Program-made: the position numbers and the translations under genes
Assembly: GCF_947499215.1 (NCBI RefSeq)
Contig: NZ_CANMNI010000001.1
Span: forward strand, 1,319,523 to 1,383,522
DNA: 64,000 nt
Reading direction: 5' to 3'
Origin: an uncultured Pontibacter sp.
GTDB taxonomy: Bacteria > Bacteroidota > Bacteroidia > Cytophagales > Hymenobacteraceae
Notes under the pieces: generated by a model
Told to the model about the DNA's origin: nothing
Seen by the model: the letters and a program-made list of their open reading frames with translations, nothing else
Databases searched by the model: none
Part shown: positions 17,039-26,021 of the stretch, piece after piece
How the letters are laid out: every line of letters begins with the position of its first letter
Numbering within the stretch: the first letter of the stretch is position 1

Positions 17039-19915
17039 CTAAAGCCTGTAAGCCAAATCGATGCCTTCTGCCAATAACCTTTCTGCCGAGCTTCTCTTAT
17101 CTTCTTTGAGCAGCATTTGCACGAGGTTTTGGCGGGCTTCGTAAAGATATGGATTTTCGCGCAGCGCGGCTTCATAGGCTTTGCGGGCTTTTTTAGGTTC
17201 TTTTTCAGCTTCCCATATCTTGCCTGATGCAAAGAGAAAATCCGCAAGTTCGGCTGGGCTATCCTGCACGGGCTGTTTTTTGAGCTCTTCCTGCGCTTTT
17301 TCTGTCTCACCCAGACCGGCATACACCCTCGCCAGTAGAGTAGCCTCGCTTCGGGCGCGCACTTTACCGTTCAGCAGCGGCTCGAGTGCCTGACGGGCGA
17401 CGGCAGCATTTCCTAAATACAAATGCCAAGCCGCCATACGCACCATGTAGCCCGGACGGGGCGTACCGGCTGCTGTCAGGATGCGCTGCGCTTCTTCAAG
17501 TGTGGCGATGGCAAATTCGTAATTGCCCTGCGTGGCCAGCACTTCGGCATACTGCTGGCGTAATTCATAGTGCTGCGGTTTGCGGGCCACCAATTCAGCC
17601 AGCGTGCGGACTGCCTCCTGAGATGGGCCAGCCGTACCACGCAGCCAGCTTGCATAGGCTTGGGCTTCGTCGCGGCGGTCGCGCAGGTAGGTCGAAATGG
17701 TCGGTGCCTCTTTCACATAGCCTTCAGCCACTGCCACCGCCTCGGGCAACTGTCCATAACTGGCGTAAAATTCCCGGAAAGACTGGTTGATGCGGGCGCG
17801 TGTTAACAGGTCGTCTTCGAGGCGCGAAGCCTTGTCGTAACGCAGCACCTGCTCCTGTATAGCTCGCCGCTGTGACATTTTGCCAGCCCGGCGCTGGGCT
17901 TCTATCAGATCAGCCTCCGCCACATACAGCGGTGCATAATTCTCATTAATTGCCTTTGCTTTGTCCAGCCACTGCTGCGCCTGACCAAAATCCAACTGGC
18001 GCTGCATGATGCCGGCATAAGCGATCAAGGCGGGCTGGTACTGGCTATCCCAAGTCAGAGCGGTGTCGAGTAAAGCTGCCGCTTTAGAGTAGTTTTGGGC
18101 TCTTCCTTCACGTTCAGCCAAGTTTAGGTATACCTGCGCCCAATTGCTAGCCATGGCCTGTTGGTCGCCGACAAGGTAAGCCTTTTGTCGTTGCACCAGA
18201 TTGTCTAAGAAGGTATAGAGTTCCGGATCCTTCGCTTTGAGGTCGCTTGTGGTATTGATGGACTTGTGGTTAAGCGGATGCACCTTGACTGGTTCGAAAT
18301 AAGCCGGATAGGTCTGCGCTAGATACTCATGCTCGTTGTTGGCGGAATAGTAGTCGAGGGTGCGCCCCTCTTTCATGGCGTTGTGATAGAGTCGGCGCAC
18401 GGCTCTATTCTCGGCATCGGTGAACACTCGCCCATGGAACAGGTGCACATACTCATGCAACACCACATTGCGCTCGAGGTAGGCTCCCCGAATTACGTAC
18501 TCAATGGCGGCCGCACCGCTTCCCACACCCCGAATGTCCATCCATTGCCGATTGTCGAAGGTGGTGGCCTGCCGGAAATAAGGCGAGTTCATGGCAATGG
18601 CAAGGTCGTTGTGCAGCGGTGGAATCACGAATTTTTCGCCCTGTCGAGACAGAAACGGGAAGTATACCGTGCTGGCGTACAGCTGCGACCAAACCATTTT
18701 CTGTACCGTCTCGCCCGGATAGTAGGTCACATCCGGAAACACGCGAGCGAAGTTCACCGGGTCGGCTATCTGGGTCTGCTGAATGACTTGTGTGAGCGAA
18801 TCGTAGGCGCTCAGGTATACTAGTTGCTTTTGTTTGATAACAGCTGCTAAGGCATTGTGGGCCGGACCGTAGTGCTTCTTTTTTTGGAGGATGCGCTGAA
18901 AGATCACCTCAGCTGAATCGAGACGGGGCTGACGGGGCAAGTCAAAGGCCATGTAATAAGCGGAGCCACGTAGCATATCGGGCAGCACCGAAGTTGGATA
19001 TTGCTGCTGAACTTTTCGAATCTCAACGAGCGCCTCCTGCAGTTTGCTCTGCGAGATCAGTCTATCAGCGGACTGTAAGGCCTTTCGTACTTCCTCATCT
19101 TCAGGCTGGGCATAGTCGGCGTAAGTCAGGTTTGTATGGCCATTGCCCCAGTGCCAGTGCGTGACATAGTGCAGCGGGTTCAGTTCAAGGGCAAGCTCCC
19201 ACTGGGAGGCCATGGAATTGAGTTGTGTCGCATCCACCCGCCGCCAGATGGCATAACCATAGTTGAAGCGGGCATCGGCATCAAAAGGGTTCAGTGTTAG
19301 GCTTGTCACTAGAGGTTTAATTGCCTCCTCCGGTTTCTGGTCCCAGAACAGTACATCGGACTCCAACAGAAAGGCAGCCGCATTTTTAGGGTTCCAGCGC
19401 TGTACCTTAATAGCCTGTGCCAGCGCCTCGTTATACTTTTTCTGCAGCATCAGGATACGCCCGACTGCCAAGGTGGCCTCCTCATCGCGTGGATTCACCT
19501 GCAAAAGCCTATTCGCCGTTGCCAGCGCCTGCGGCAATTCCCATGCCTGCACTTGCAATTTGCTCTTAAGCAGAAGTGCCTCTCTGTGAGCCGGCTCCTT
19601 TTTTAAAACCCCTCCTACCAACGCATCTGCCGCATGATACTCGTTCTGCAGCATTGCCATCCGGGCCTTGGCCAAGTTTGTCTCCTGCGAAACAGGTGCT
19701 TTCTGCAGCAAGGCCTTGGCTTCCTGCCACATCCCGAGCGAGAGCATCCGGTTTGCCCTGTCGGCTACAGGCGACTGCTCCGCTTTGCGCAATTCCTGTC
19801 TTTCCTTCTCCAGTCTGGTCCGCACCTCATCCACTTGGTCCGGGTGCTGGGCAAGCGCAGGTATAGTAAGGAGCAACAAGGTATAGCAAAGGAAGGCAAC
19901 AAGAAGGCGAGACAT
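17039..19915 (-). CDS. secreted TPR-repeat protein with a central HExxH (putative zincin) module
   Basis: 958-aa ORF with signal peptide MSRLLVAFLCYTLLLLTIPALAQ and TPR-like helical repeats on both sides of a central segment containing VVLHEYVHLFHG and a downstream NEHEYLAQ. Confidence 0.8.
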   Translation of the reverse strand: MSRLLVAFLCYTLLLLTIPALAQHPDQVDEVRTRLEKERQELRKAEQSPVADRANRMLSLGMWQEAKALLQKAPVSQETNLAKARMAMLQNEYHAADALVGGVLKKEPAHREALLLKSKLQVQAWELPQALATANRLLQVNPRDEEATLAVGRILMLQKKYNEALAQAIKVQRWNPKNAAAFLLESDVLFWDQKPEEAIKPLVTSLTLNPFDADARFNYGYAIWRRVDATQLNSMASQWELALELNPLHYVTHWHWGNGHTNLTYADYAQPEDEEVRKALQSADRLISQSKLQEALVEIRKVQQQYPTSVLPDMLRGSAYYMAFDLPRQPRLDSAEVIFQRILQKKKHYGPAHNALAAVIKQKQLVYLSAYDSLTQVIQQTQIADPVNFARVFPDVTYYPGETVQKMVWSQLYASTVYFPFLSRQGEKFVIPPLHNDLAIAMNSPYFRQATTFDNRQWMDIRGVGSGAAAIEYVIRGAYLERNVVLHEYVHLFHGRVFTDAENRAVRRLYHNAMKEGRTLDYYSANNEHEYLAQTYPAYFEPVKVHPLNHKSINTTSDLKAKDPELYTFLDNLVQRQKAYLVGDQQAMASNWAQVYLNLAEREGRAQNYSKAAALLDTALTWDSQYQPALIAYAGIMQRQLDFGQAQQWLDKAKAINENYAPLYVAEADLIEAQRRAGKMSQRRAIQEQVLRYDKASRLEDDLLTRARINQSFREFYASYGQLPEAVAVAEGYVKEAPTISTYLRDRRDEAQAYASWLRGTAGPSQEAVRTLAELVARKPQHYELRQQYAEVLATQGNYEFAIATLEEAQRILTAAGTPRPGYMVRMAAWHLYLGNAAVARQALEPLLNGKVRARSEATLLARVYAGLGETEKAQEELKKQPVQDSPAELADFLFASGKIWEAEKEPKKARKAYEAALRENPYLYEARQNLVQMLLKEDKRSSAERLLAEGIDLAYRL

Positions 19916-20051
19916 AGTTTTTGTTTAAGGTAGGCGGTTGATAGCCCCTAAAATAACCTTCGGCCCGCTCATATCAAAATTAAAGGGCAATGGTAGGCAG
20001 TTGGAAGGTGAAATTTCGTTGATTGTTGATTGTTTGGTGCCCGATTCAGGC

Positions 20052-20747
20052 TCAGGTAACGTCGGTACTTCCTAACTTTAAATACATCTTTTCCAGCTTT
20101 TTCATGAGCAGGATCGCGATGAACAGCCAGATGATGCCCATCGCGTACCCGGCCAGCACATCGGTGGCGTAGTGCACATTGAGGTAGATGCGACTGTAGC
20201 CTATGAGTAGCAGCAGCACAGTGAGCAGGCTTACCCACAGCCAGCGCCAGAAAGGGTGCTGCACCTCCCGCCAGATGATATAGATGAGCAGACCATAGAA
20301 GGAACCGCCGATCATGGCGTGGCCGCTGGGGAAACTCAGCCCCGACTGCTCGAGCATGGCGGTGACGGGGCGGGGTCGCTCAAAGAGGCGCTTAAGCGCT
20401 TGGTTAAGCATGGTGCTGGTAAAGGCGATTAACAGCACTTTGAGGGCATACCAACGCAGCTTATGGAACCATGACATGCCCAGTACTAAAAGCGCCGGGG
20501 CGACCAGCAGGTAATCGGCGGAGGCAAAAAAGGAGAAGAAACGCATCAGGCGGGTCATGCCTTCGGAGCGGTGTGAGGCGGCGTACTGAAACAGGGCGGT
20601 GTCCAGTCCTTTGTCCTGCAGAATGAACACTTCCCGCGCCATGTAACTGAACACAAACAGGCAAAGGAAGAAAGCCAGCGCAATAAGCACAGCCTCTGCA
20701 GTAAGCAGGGCCAGTAGTTCCAGCAGTCGTTTAGTTATGCGCTTCAT
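20052..20747 (-). CDS. PAP2-family phosphatase (membrane)
   Basis: Motifs KxxxxRxRP (LKRLFERPRP), PSGH and SRxxxxxHxxxD (SRIYLNVHYATD). Start set at ATG 20745-20747 because it aligns with the paralogue's N-terminus. Confidence 0.8.
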   Translation of the reverse strand: MKRITKRLLELLALLTAEAVLIALAFFLCLFVFSYMAREVFILQDKGLDTALFQYAASHRSEGMTRLMRFFSFFASADYLLVAPALLVLGMSWFHKLRWYALKVLLIAFTSTMLNQALKRLFERPRPVTAMLEQSGLSFPSGHAMIGGSFYGLLIYIIWREVQHPFWRWLWVSLLTVLLLLIGYSRIYLNVHYATDVLAGYAMGIIWLFIAILLMKKLEKMYLKLGSTDVT

Positions 20748-20884
20748 GTCGGCAAAAGGGTGATACCGGCCTGCTTTACGCATTTGATTGCCCGCTAGTT
20801 GGAAATTGCAAATAGCAGATCATTAGGAGCACAGGGGAGAAGGCAGTCTGGAGCAGGTAGGTATAGCTGCGTTCTTGGGAAAAC

Positions 20885-20915
20885 AAAAAAGCCGGCTGCA
20901 AAGCCGGCTTTTTTT
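20885..20915. terminator. bidirectional rho-independent terminator
   Basis: aaaaaa-gccggct-gcaa-agccggc-ttttttt, immediately 3' of tRNA-Leu on the minus strand. Confidence 0.8.
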
Positions 20916-20929
20916 ACATTTTGGATTAG

Positions 20930-21011
20930 TGCGCACGGGGAGACTCGAACTCCCACACCCGAAGGCACAGGCTTCTGAGACCTGCACGTCTACCAATTTC
21001 GCCACGTGCGC
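20930..21011 (-). tRNA. tRNA-Leu(CAG): tRNA-Leu (anticodon CAG), long variable arm, CCA not encoded
   Basis: The reverse complement GCGCACGTGGCGAAATTGGTAGACGTGCAGGTCTCAGAAGCCTGTGCCTTCGGGTGTGGGAGTTCGAGTCTCCCCGTGCGCA folds as a cloverleaf: 7-bp acceptor stem, anticodon loop CTCAGAA, TPsiC arm GGGAGTTCGAGTCTCCC. Confidence 0.95.
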
Positions 21012-21069
21012 AGCTGGTATTATTCAAAATGTGTTCCCAAAACCCTTTAACCCTTGTTGATTGGGATTG

Positions 21070-21077
21070 CAAAGGTA
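21070..21077 (-). promoter_or_regulatory. candidate Bacteroidota -7 promoter box (TACCTTTG) for tRNA-Leu
   Basis: Matches TAnnTTTG on the minus strand, about 60 bp upstream of the mature tRNA 5' end. Confidence 0.3.
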
Positions 21078-21134
21078 TGACAGAATTTTTTATCTGCAAT
21101 AGTCCGCTTCTAAAAAATTTTCATCCCCTAAAAA

Positions 21135-21842
21135 TCAATCTTCCTCCACTACCGGAGCGATCTCTTTTCGGGTGAATTTCTCGATGCGCCGCAGCAGCCC
21201 GATGCCGATGATAACCCACAGAATACCAGCCGCAAAGCCTGCCACCACATCAGTAGCATAGTGTACCCGCAGGTAGATGCGGCTAAAACCGATCAGCAGG
21301 ATAAAGATCACGAGCAGGGCTACCAGAAAATTGCGCAAGGGCTTTGAGCCCACATGATGCCAGACCAGATAAATGAGCAGGCTATAGAAAGAGGCGGCGA
21401 TCATGGAATGGCCGCTCGGGAAACTGAGTCCGGAAGCGTCTACCAAGGGCATGTCCGGTCGCTGCCGGTCGAAGAAAAACTTGAGCACAAGGTTAAGCGA
21501 GATACTGCCCAAGGCCACTACCGGCACTTTGAGCGAATACCACCTGTGGCGTCGCACAAACAGGAAATAGGCAATGAGCAGCAGTCCGGCGGCCGTCATG
21601 AAGTGCCGCGAGGCGAAAAAGGTGATGATCTCAATGAACGTGGTGAAACCGCTACTTTGCATGTCGGCGGCCAAGGCGAAGGCAGACTCGTCGAACTTGA
21701 GCGGACCGGGAGCGGCTACCACCTCAGCGCTGACATACAGAAATACCAGCACGCAAGCCAAAAAGACCGCCATCACAAAAATCAGCTCCAAGGTGAAGAG
21801 CGCAAAACTTGCCGCCAGTTTTCTATAATAGTGTCGTATCAT
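21135..21842 (-). CDS. PAP2-family phosphatase (membrane), paralogue
   Basis: 235-aa ORF with the same three PAP2 motifs (KFFFDRQRP, PSGH, SRIYLRVHYATD). Confidence 0.8.
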   Translation of the reverse strand: MIRHYYRKLAASFALFTLELIFVMAVFLACVLVFLYVSAEVVAAPGPLKFDESAFALAADMQSSGFTTFIEIITFFASRHFMTAAGLLLIAYFLFVRRHRWYSLKVPVVALGSISLNLVLKFFFDRQRPDMPLVDASGLSFPSGHSMIAASFYSLLIYLVWHHVGSKPLRNFLVALLVIFILLIGFSRIYLRVHYATDVVAGFAAGILWVIIGIGLLRRIEKFTRKEIAPVVEED

Positions 21843-21932
21843 GAGTTATCAGTGTAAATTCCTAGGCGAAACCAATAGGCGCCTGTGTAGCAATTACGTA
21901 AGTCCTGCATACAAGTATACCTTAACCGGCCT

Positions 21933-22505
21933 ATGCATCACACAACCAGACTTTTCATAGCCGCTCCCGTGCCGGAAGAACTGAAAAGCTACCTCAGCCG
22001 ACAAGCGTCCTCGTTCCAGCACGAGGCCATCCGGATGGTGCCTGAAGTAAACCTGCACCTCACACTCTTTTTCATCGGCAACGTGCCTATTGAGCAGCTC
22101 TCTGACATCCGAGAAGTGACGGCCCACATGGCAGGGCAGTTCGCACCTTTCGACCTCAAACTGCAAGCTGTGGAGCCCGGACCCAAACCGCGCTCTCCCC
22201 GTCTTGTCTGGGCTCGATTCGCTCCTGATGATACTTTCGCGAACCTAAGCCGTGGGCTGGCGCAGGCCTTGAGTCCCCAGCCGCTCAGCCAGCGTGACCC
22301 CATTCCGCACATCACCTTGGCCAGATTTCGAAAAGACAGACCCACCCCGCATAATCTTGAGGCAATCTCCCCTACCGAACGTATCGTGCTGTCTGTTCGG
22401 GAAATTGCAGTATGGCATTCGGAACTGGCCTCGCCGCATCCGCGCTATACCATCCTGCACCGCTACCCGCTCACCGGAAACCCACAGGCAGCAGATACAG
22501 TATGA
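21933..22505 (+). CDS. thpR: RNA 2',3'-cyclic phosphodiesterase (2H family, LigT/ThpR)
   Basis: Two HxT/S motifs (NLHLTLFF and PHITLARF) at the spacing typical of 2H phosphoesterases. Confidence 0.8.
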   Translation: MHHTTRLFIAAPVPEELKSYLSRQASSFQHEAIRMVPEVNLHLTLFFIGNVPIEQLSDIREVTAHMAGQFAPFDLKLQAVEPGPKPRSPRLVWARFAPDDTFANLSRGLAQALSPQPLSQRDPIPHITLARFRKDRPTPHNLEAISPTERIVLSVREIAVWHSELASPHPRYTILHRYPLTGNPQAADTV

Positions 22506-22544
22506 TAAGCACCAATTGGGGACCTAGCCTATACCTATACAAAC

Positions 22545-23036
22545 ATGAACCAGACGGAACTGACAGAATTAACGATGATGCTGAAAGACAAAGGCCTGAC
22601 CGTGGCCTTTGCGGAGAGTTGCACGGCCGGCATGCTGGCCTCGGAAATGGCGAAAGCCAAGGGAAGCAGTGATGTCTTAAAGGGCAGTCTCGTCGTGTAT
22701 CAGCCGGAAGTCAAGAAAAAGCTGTTGGGTGTGACACAGGCTACACTCGATCTCTATACCGCCGAATCGCAGCAGGTGACCAACGAGATGGTGATGGGCC
22801 TGAAAAAAGCACTGGACGCTGACATTAGCATTGCTACTACCGGGCTAGCCGGGGAAGGAGGCTCCGAGACCCCGGAAAAGCCTGTCGGTACCACATTCGT
22901 TTCCTTCCTCTATGACGGCAAAGCGGAGGAGTTCCGGGAGGTTTTCGAAGGCAACAGCCTCAGCATCCGGAAACAGCTCACCGACTATGTGTTTGAGAAG
23001 CTGAAGGGAATCATGGAAGAGCATTATGACCGGTAA
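22545..23036 (+). CDS. CinA-family nicotinamide-nucleotide amidohydrolase (PncC-like domain)
   Basis: 163-aa ORF with TVAFAESCTAGMLAS and ATTGLAGEGG segments typical of the CinA C-terminal domain. Confidence 0.85.
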   Translation: MNQTELTELTMMLKDKGLTVAFAESCTAGMLASEMAKAKGSSDVLKGSLVVYQPEVKKKLLGVTQATLDLYTAESQQVTNEMVMGLKKALDADISIATTGLAGEGGSETPEKPVGTTFVSFLYDGKAEEFREVFEGNSLSIRKQLTDYVFEKLKGIMEEHYDR

Positions 23037-23040
23037 TTAT

Positions 23041-23458
23041 TGTCATTTCGAACGCTAGTGAGAAATCTGGAGTATCCACACAATTATTGATCACAACAAA
23101 TCTTCATGATAGGCCACAACTACTTTGTCTATATCACAACGAACCCGAAGAAAACAACTTTGTATGTGGGAATGACAAATGAGCTTCCACGAAGAATTGA
23201 TGAGCATACGCTAAATGCTGGCGACCCTAGTACTTTTGCAGGCCGGTACTATTGCCATAATCTTGTCTATTATGAGCGTTTCACATACGTACAACATGCG
23301 ATTGAACGGGAGAAACAAACAAAAAAATGGAGCAGGAAGAAAAAAGAAGAGTTAATTAGCAGTTTTAATCCTGATTTGAAGAGATCGCAGATTGGGATGA
23401 ATAGTACACTATTTGGACCTTCATTCCTTCAGATTTCTCACTAGCGTTCGAAATGACA
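23041..23458 (+). mobile_element. candidate compact mobile cassette: GIY-YIG ORF bounded by perfect 29-bp terminal inverted repeats, flanked by a TTAT direct repeat
   Basis: tgtcatttcgaacgctagtgagaaatctg (23041-23069) is the exact reverse complement of 23430-23458. TTAT occurs at 23037-23040 and at 23459-23462. The cassette sits 4 nt after the cinA stop and 14 nt before the next CDS. Confidence 0.55.
23106..23444 (+). CDS. GIY-YIG nuclease family protein (small, stand-alone)
   Basis: 112-aa ORF with YFVYITTN...LYVGMTNELPRRIDEH...YYE...AIEREKQTKKWSRKKK, the canonical small GIY-YIG (URI) domain. Its last 5 codons and stop lie inside the right inverted repeat. Confidence 0.85.
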   Translation: MIGHNYFVYITTNPKKTTLYVGMTNELPRRIDEHTLNAGDPSTFAGRYYCHNLVYYERFTYVQHAIEREKQTKKWSRKKKEELISSFNPDLKRSQIGMNSTLFGPSFLQISH

Positions 23459-23472
23459 TTATTGTTTAGCCC

Positions 23473-24123
23473 TTGCCTAACCCCACCACCCCCAACTTCG
23501 ACAGCATAGCCCCCATCTACGACAGCCTCTCCCGCATGGTGTTTGGTGATGCCCTGCGGCGAGCGCAGATGGAGCACCTAGGTGCTATACCTGAGCAAGC
23601 GCATGTGCTGCTAATCGGGGGCGGCTCGGGTTGGCTCTTAGAGCAACTGCTCCTACAAAAGCCGCAGGTACAAGTCACCTACCTCGAGTCATCGACCAAA
23701 ATGCTTGAACTGGCGCAAAAGCGCTGTAAACAACTTGCTATACCTACCGCCGCTGTCTCTTTCCGATTGGGAGATGAAAACAGCCTGAAACCCGACGAGA
23801 AGTTCGATGTCATCATCACCCCTTTTCTGCTCGACCTCTTTCCAGATGACAGGCTGCAGCACCTCATGGATCGCCTTTTCACAGCCCTCCGCCCCGGCGG
23901 ACTTTGGTTATTCAGCGATTTTTGGCCTGTGCATGAGCCTACTCCGTTTTGGCAGCGGCTGTTGTTGCGTAGTATGTACACCTTCTTCGGTGTGGTCAGC
24001 GGGGTGAACGCCAGTCAACTACCGGATTTTGGATTGCACTTTCAGCGTCTTCGGCTACAAGAGCAGGCAAGTACCCAATTTTATGGCAGCTTGATTCAGG
24101 CTAAGGTATATCGCAAGGTATAG
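23473..24123 (+). CDS. class I SAM-dependent methyltransferase
   Basis: 216-aa ORF with the LLIGGGSG SAM-binding motif. There is no in-frame ATG upstream of the conserved FDSIAPIYD segment, so the track's TTG start at 23473 is used. Confidence 0.7.
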   Translation: MPNPTTPNFDSIAPIYDSLSRMVFGDALRRAQMEHLGAIPEQAHVLLIGGGSGWLLEQLLLQKPQVQVTYLESSTKMLELAQKRCKQLAIPTAAVSFRLGDENSLKPDEKFDVIITPFLLDLFPDDRLQHLMDRLFTALRPGGLWLFSDFWPVHEPTPFWQRLLLRSMYTFFGVVSGVNASQLPDFGLHFQRLRLQEQASTQFYGSLIQAKVYRKV

Positions 24124-24180
24124 CCAATTGCACAGATGCGTTAATTTCTATACTTTTAAGTTCGAACCAACAGCCTGTTT

Positions 24181-26019
24181 ATGTCGATAAGACTGATTGG
24201 CGCTTTGTGCGCTGCCTTTTTCTGCACCCTATCGCCTGTGCTGGCGCAGCAGCAGGTCAACTACCACCTCTCCTTCCCCAACGCCCTACACCACGAGGCT
24301 CAAATCAGCATCACCTTTAAAGGGATAACCTCCGATACACTGCAGGTACTCATGCCCCGAAGTTCACCGGGACGCTATGCCCTGCACGAATTCGCCAAGA
24401 ACGTTTATGGTGTAAAAGCGACAGACGGCAAGGGCAAATCACTGAATAGCAGCCGCCCGAATCCGCATCAATGGAACGTGAGTGGACACGAAGGCGAGGT
24501 AACGATCACCTATACCTTATTCGGCGCGCATGCTGACGGTACTTACACTGGCATTGACGAAACGCACGCGCACCTCAACATGCCAGCTACCTTAATGTAT
24601 GGTAAAGGCTTTGAGAAGGCACCCGCCCGTGTCACTTTTCATGCCCCTAAAGACAGTAACTGGAAAATAGCCACGCAGCTCCAGCCGGAAAACGACTCCA
24701 CCTTCACGGCGCCTGACTTTCAGTACCTCATGGACAGCCCGACGGAGCTGAGCAATTTTGACTTTGCGGAGTGGACTGTGCAGGACCGCGGCAAAAACAA
24801 AACCATTCAAGTGGCCGCGCACCATTATGGGGATAAGGCACTGTTTGAAGAGTACGTGGCAAAAACCAAACAGATCGTGGCTGAGCAGCAGGCGGTTTTC
24901 GGCGAGCTACCTAATTTTGATTTCGGCCGCTATACCTTTATTGCCTGCTATGGTCCGCAGGCGGTGGGTGACGGCATGGAACACCGCAACTCCACCATCC
25001 TGACCAGTTCTCGCCCTATGAAAGGTTTCCTGTCGTCCCTCCTCAACACGGTGTCGCATGAGTTTTTCCATGCTTGGAATGTGGAGCGCCTGCGTCCGCA
25101 GAGTCTGGAACCTTTCGACTTTCAACAGGCCAATATGTCGGAAGCACTTTGGCTGGCCGAGGGCTTTACCTCCTACTATGGCGACCTGACTATGCGCCGC
25201 AGCGGCATTTTCGATACGAAAAAATATGCCAGCGACTTGGCCGGTGACCTGAATTATGTGCTGCTATCACCGGGCAGGCACTACCACAGTTTGGTTGAAA
25301 TGAGCAAGCAGGCTCCCTTTGTGGATGCGGCTCGCTCCGTGGATCCGCACAACCGCCATAACACCTTTATCTCTTACTATACCTATGGCAGCGTGCTTGG
25401 CCTTGGGCTGGACCTAACTTTGCGTCGCGACTTTAACACCACACTCGATGCCTACATGCAGGCGCTTTGGCAAACTTATGGCAAACCTGAAAAGCCTTAT
25501 ACCATAGCTGATCTGGAGCGCACTTTGGCCGAAGTAACCAAAGATACGGCGTGGGCGGCCGACTTTTTCAGGCGACAGGTATACGGCAGCGAACTGCCGG
25601 ACTATGCGGCCCTTTTAGCCGAAGCCGGATTACAGCTGCGCCAAGCCAATCCCGGCAAGGCCAGTTTAGGTCCCGCCAATCTGGAATACACCAAAAACGG
25701 GGCAAAGCTCCTCAACGGCACCTCCGTGACATCTCCACTTTATAAGGCCGGGCTTAACCGAGGTGACATTATCGTGACACTCAATGGCAAGAAAGTAACA
25801 AGTGCAAAGGAGCTGGAGAAGATCATGAGCAAGCTAAAGCCTACGCACAGTGTGCCGATTACCTACCGGAGCAGTGAACAGGCCCCGATTATAAGTACCC
25901 AGATTGTATTGCAAGAGGACCCGGAGCTTATGATCGAGCATTTTGAAAACATGGGCAAGGAACTGACTCCGGCCATGCAGGCTTTCCGACAGGCTTGGCT
26001 AAGTTCTAAGTCAAAATAA
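24181..26019 (+). CDS. M61-family metallopeptidase (glycyl aminopeptidase-like) with C-terminal PDZ domain
   Basis: 612-aa ORF with a signal peptide, HEFFHAWNVERLRP zinc motif and a PDZ-like GLNRGDIIVTLNGKKV segment. Confidence 0.85.
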   Translation: MSIRLIGALCAAFFCTLSPVLAQQQVNYHLSFPNALHHEAQISITFKGITSDTLQVLMPRSSPGRYALHEFAKNVYGVKATDGKGKSLNSSRPNPHQWNVSGHEGEVTITYTLFGAHADGTYTGIDETHAHLNMPATLMYGKGFEKAPARVTFHAPKDSNWKIATQLQPENDSTFTAPDFQYLMDSPTELSNFDFAEWTVQDRGKNKTIQVAAHHYGDKALFEEYVAKTKQIVAEQQAVFGELPNFDFGRYTFIACYGPQAVGDGMEHRNSTILTSSRPMKGFLSSLLNTVSHEFFHAWNVERLRPQSLEPFDFQQANMSEALWLAEGFTSYYGDLTMRRSGIFDTKKYASDLAGDLNYVLLSPGRHYHSLVEMSKQAPFVDAARSVDPHNRHNTFISYYTYGSVLGLGLDLTLRRDFNTTLDAYMQALWQTYGKPEKPYTIADLERTLAEVTKDTAWAADFFRRQVYGSELPDYAALLAEAGLQLRQANPGKASLGPANLEYTKNGAKLLNGTSVTSPLYKAGLNRGDIIVTLNGKKVTSAKELEKIMSKLKPTHSVPITYRSSEQAPIISTQIVLQEDPELMIEHFENMGKELTPAMQAFRQAWLSSKSK

Positions 26020-26021
26020 GC

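Noticed and set aside
17017-17322. 101-aa ORF overlapping the 3' end of the TPR gene.
   Set aside because: It is an off-frame, Lys/Arg/Pro-rich translation nested in the 958-aa ORF.
20785-21134. Genomic island or integrase at the tRNA-Leu gene.
   Set aside because: There is no integrase, no direct repeat of the tRNA 3' end and no compositional break. The flanking genes are paralogous housekeeping-type PAP2 phosphatases.
21354-21857. 167-aa plus-strand ORF antisense to the PAP2 gene, and the similar 20314-20514 and 20461-20664.
   Set aside because: The minus-strand frames carry all three PAP2 motifs and match each other as paralogues.
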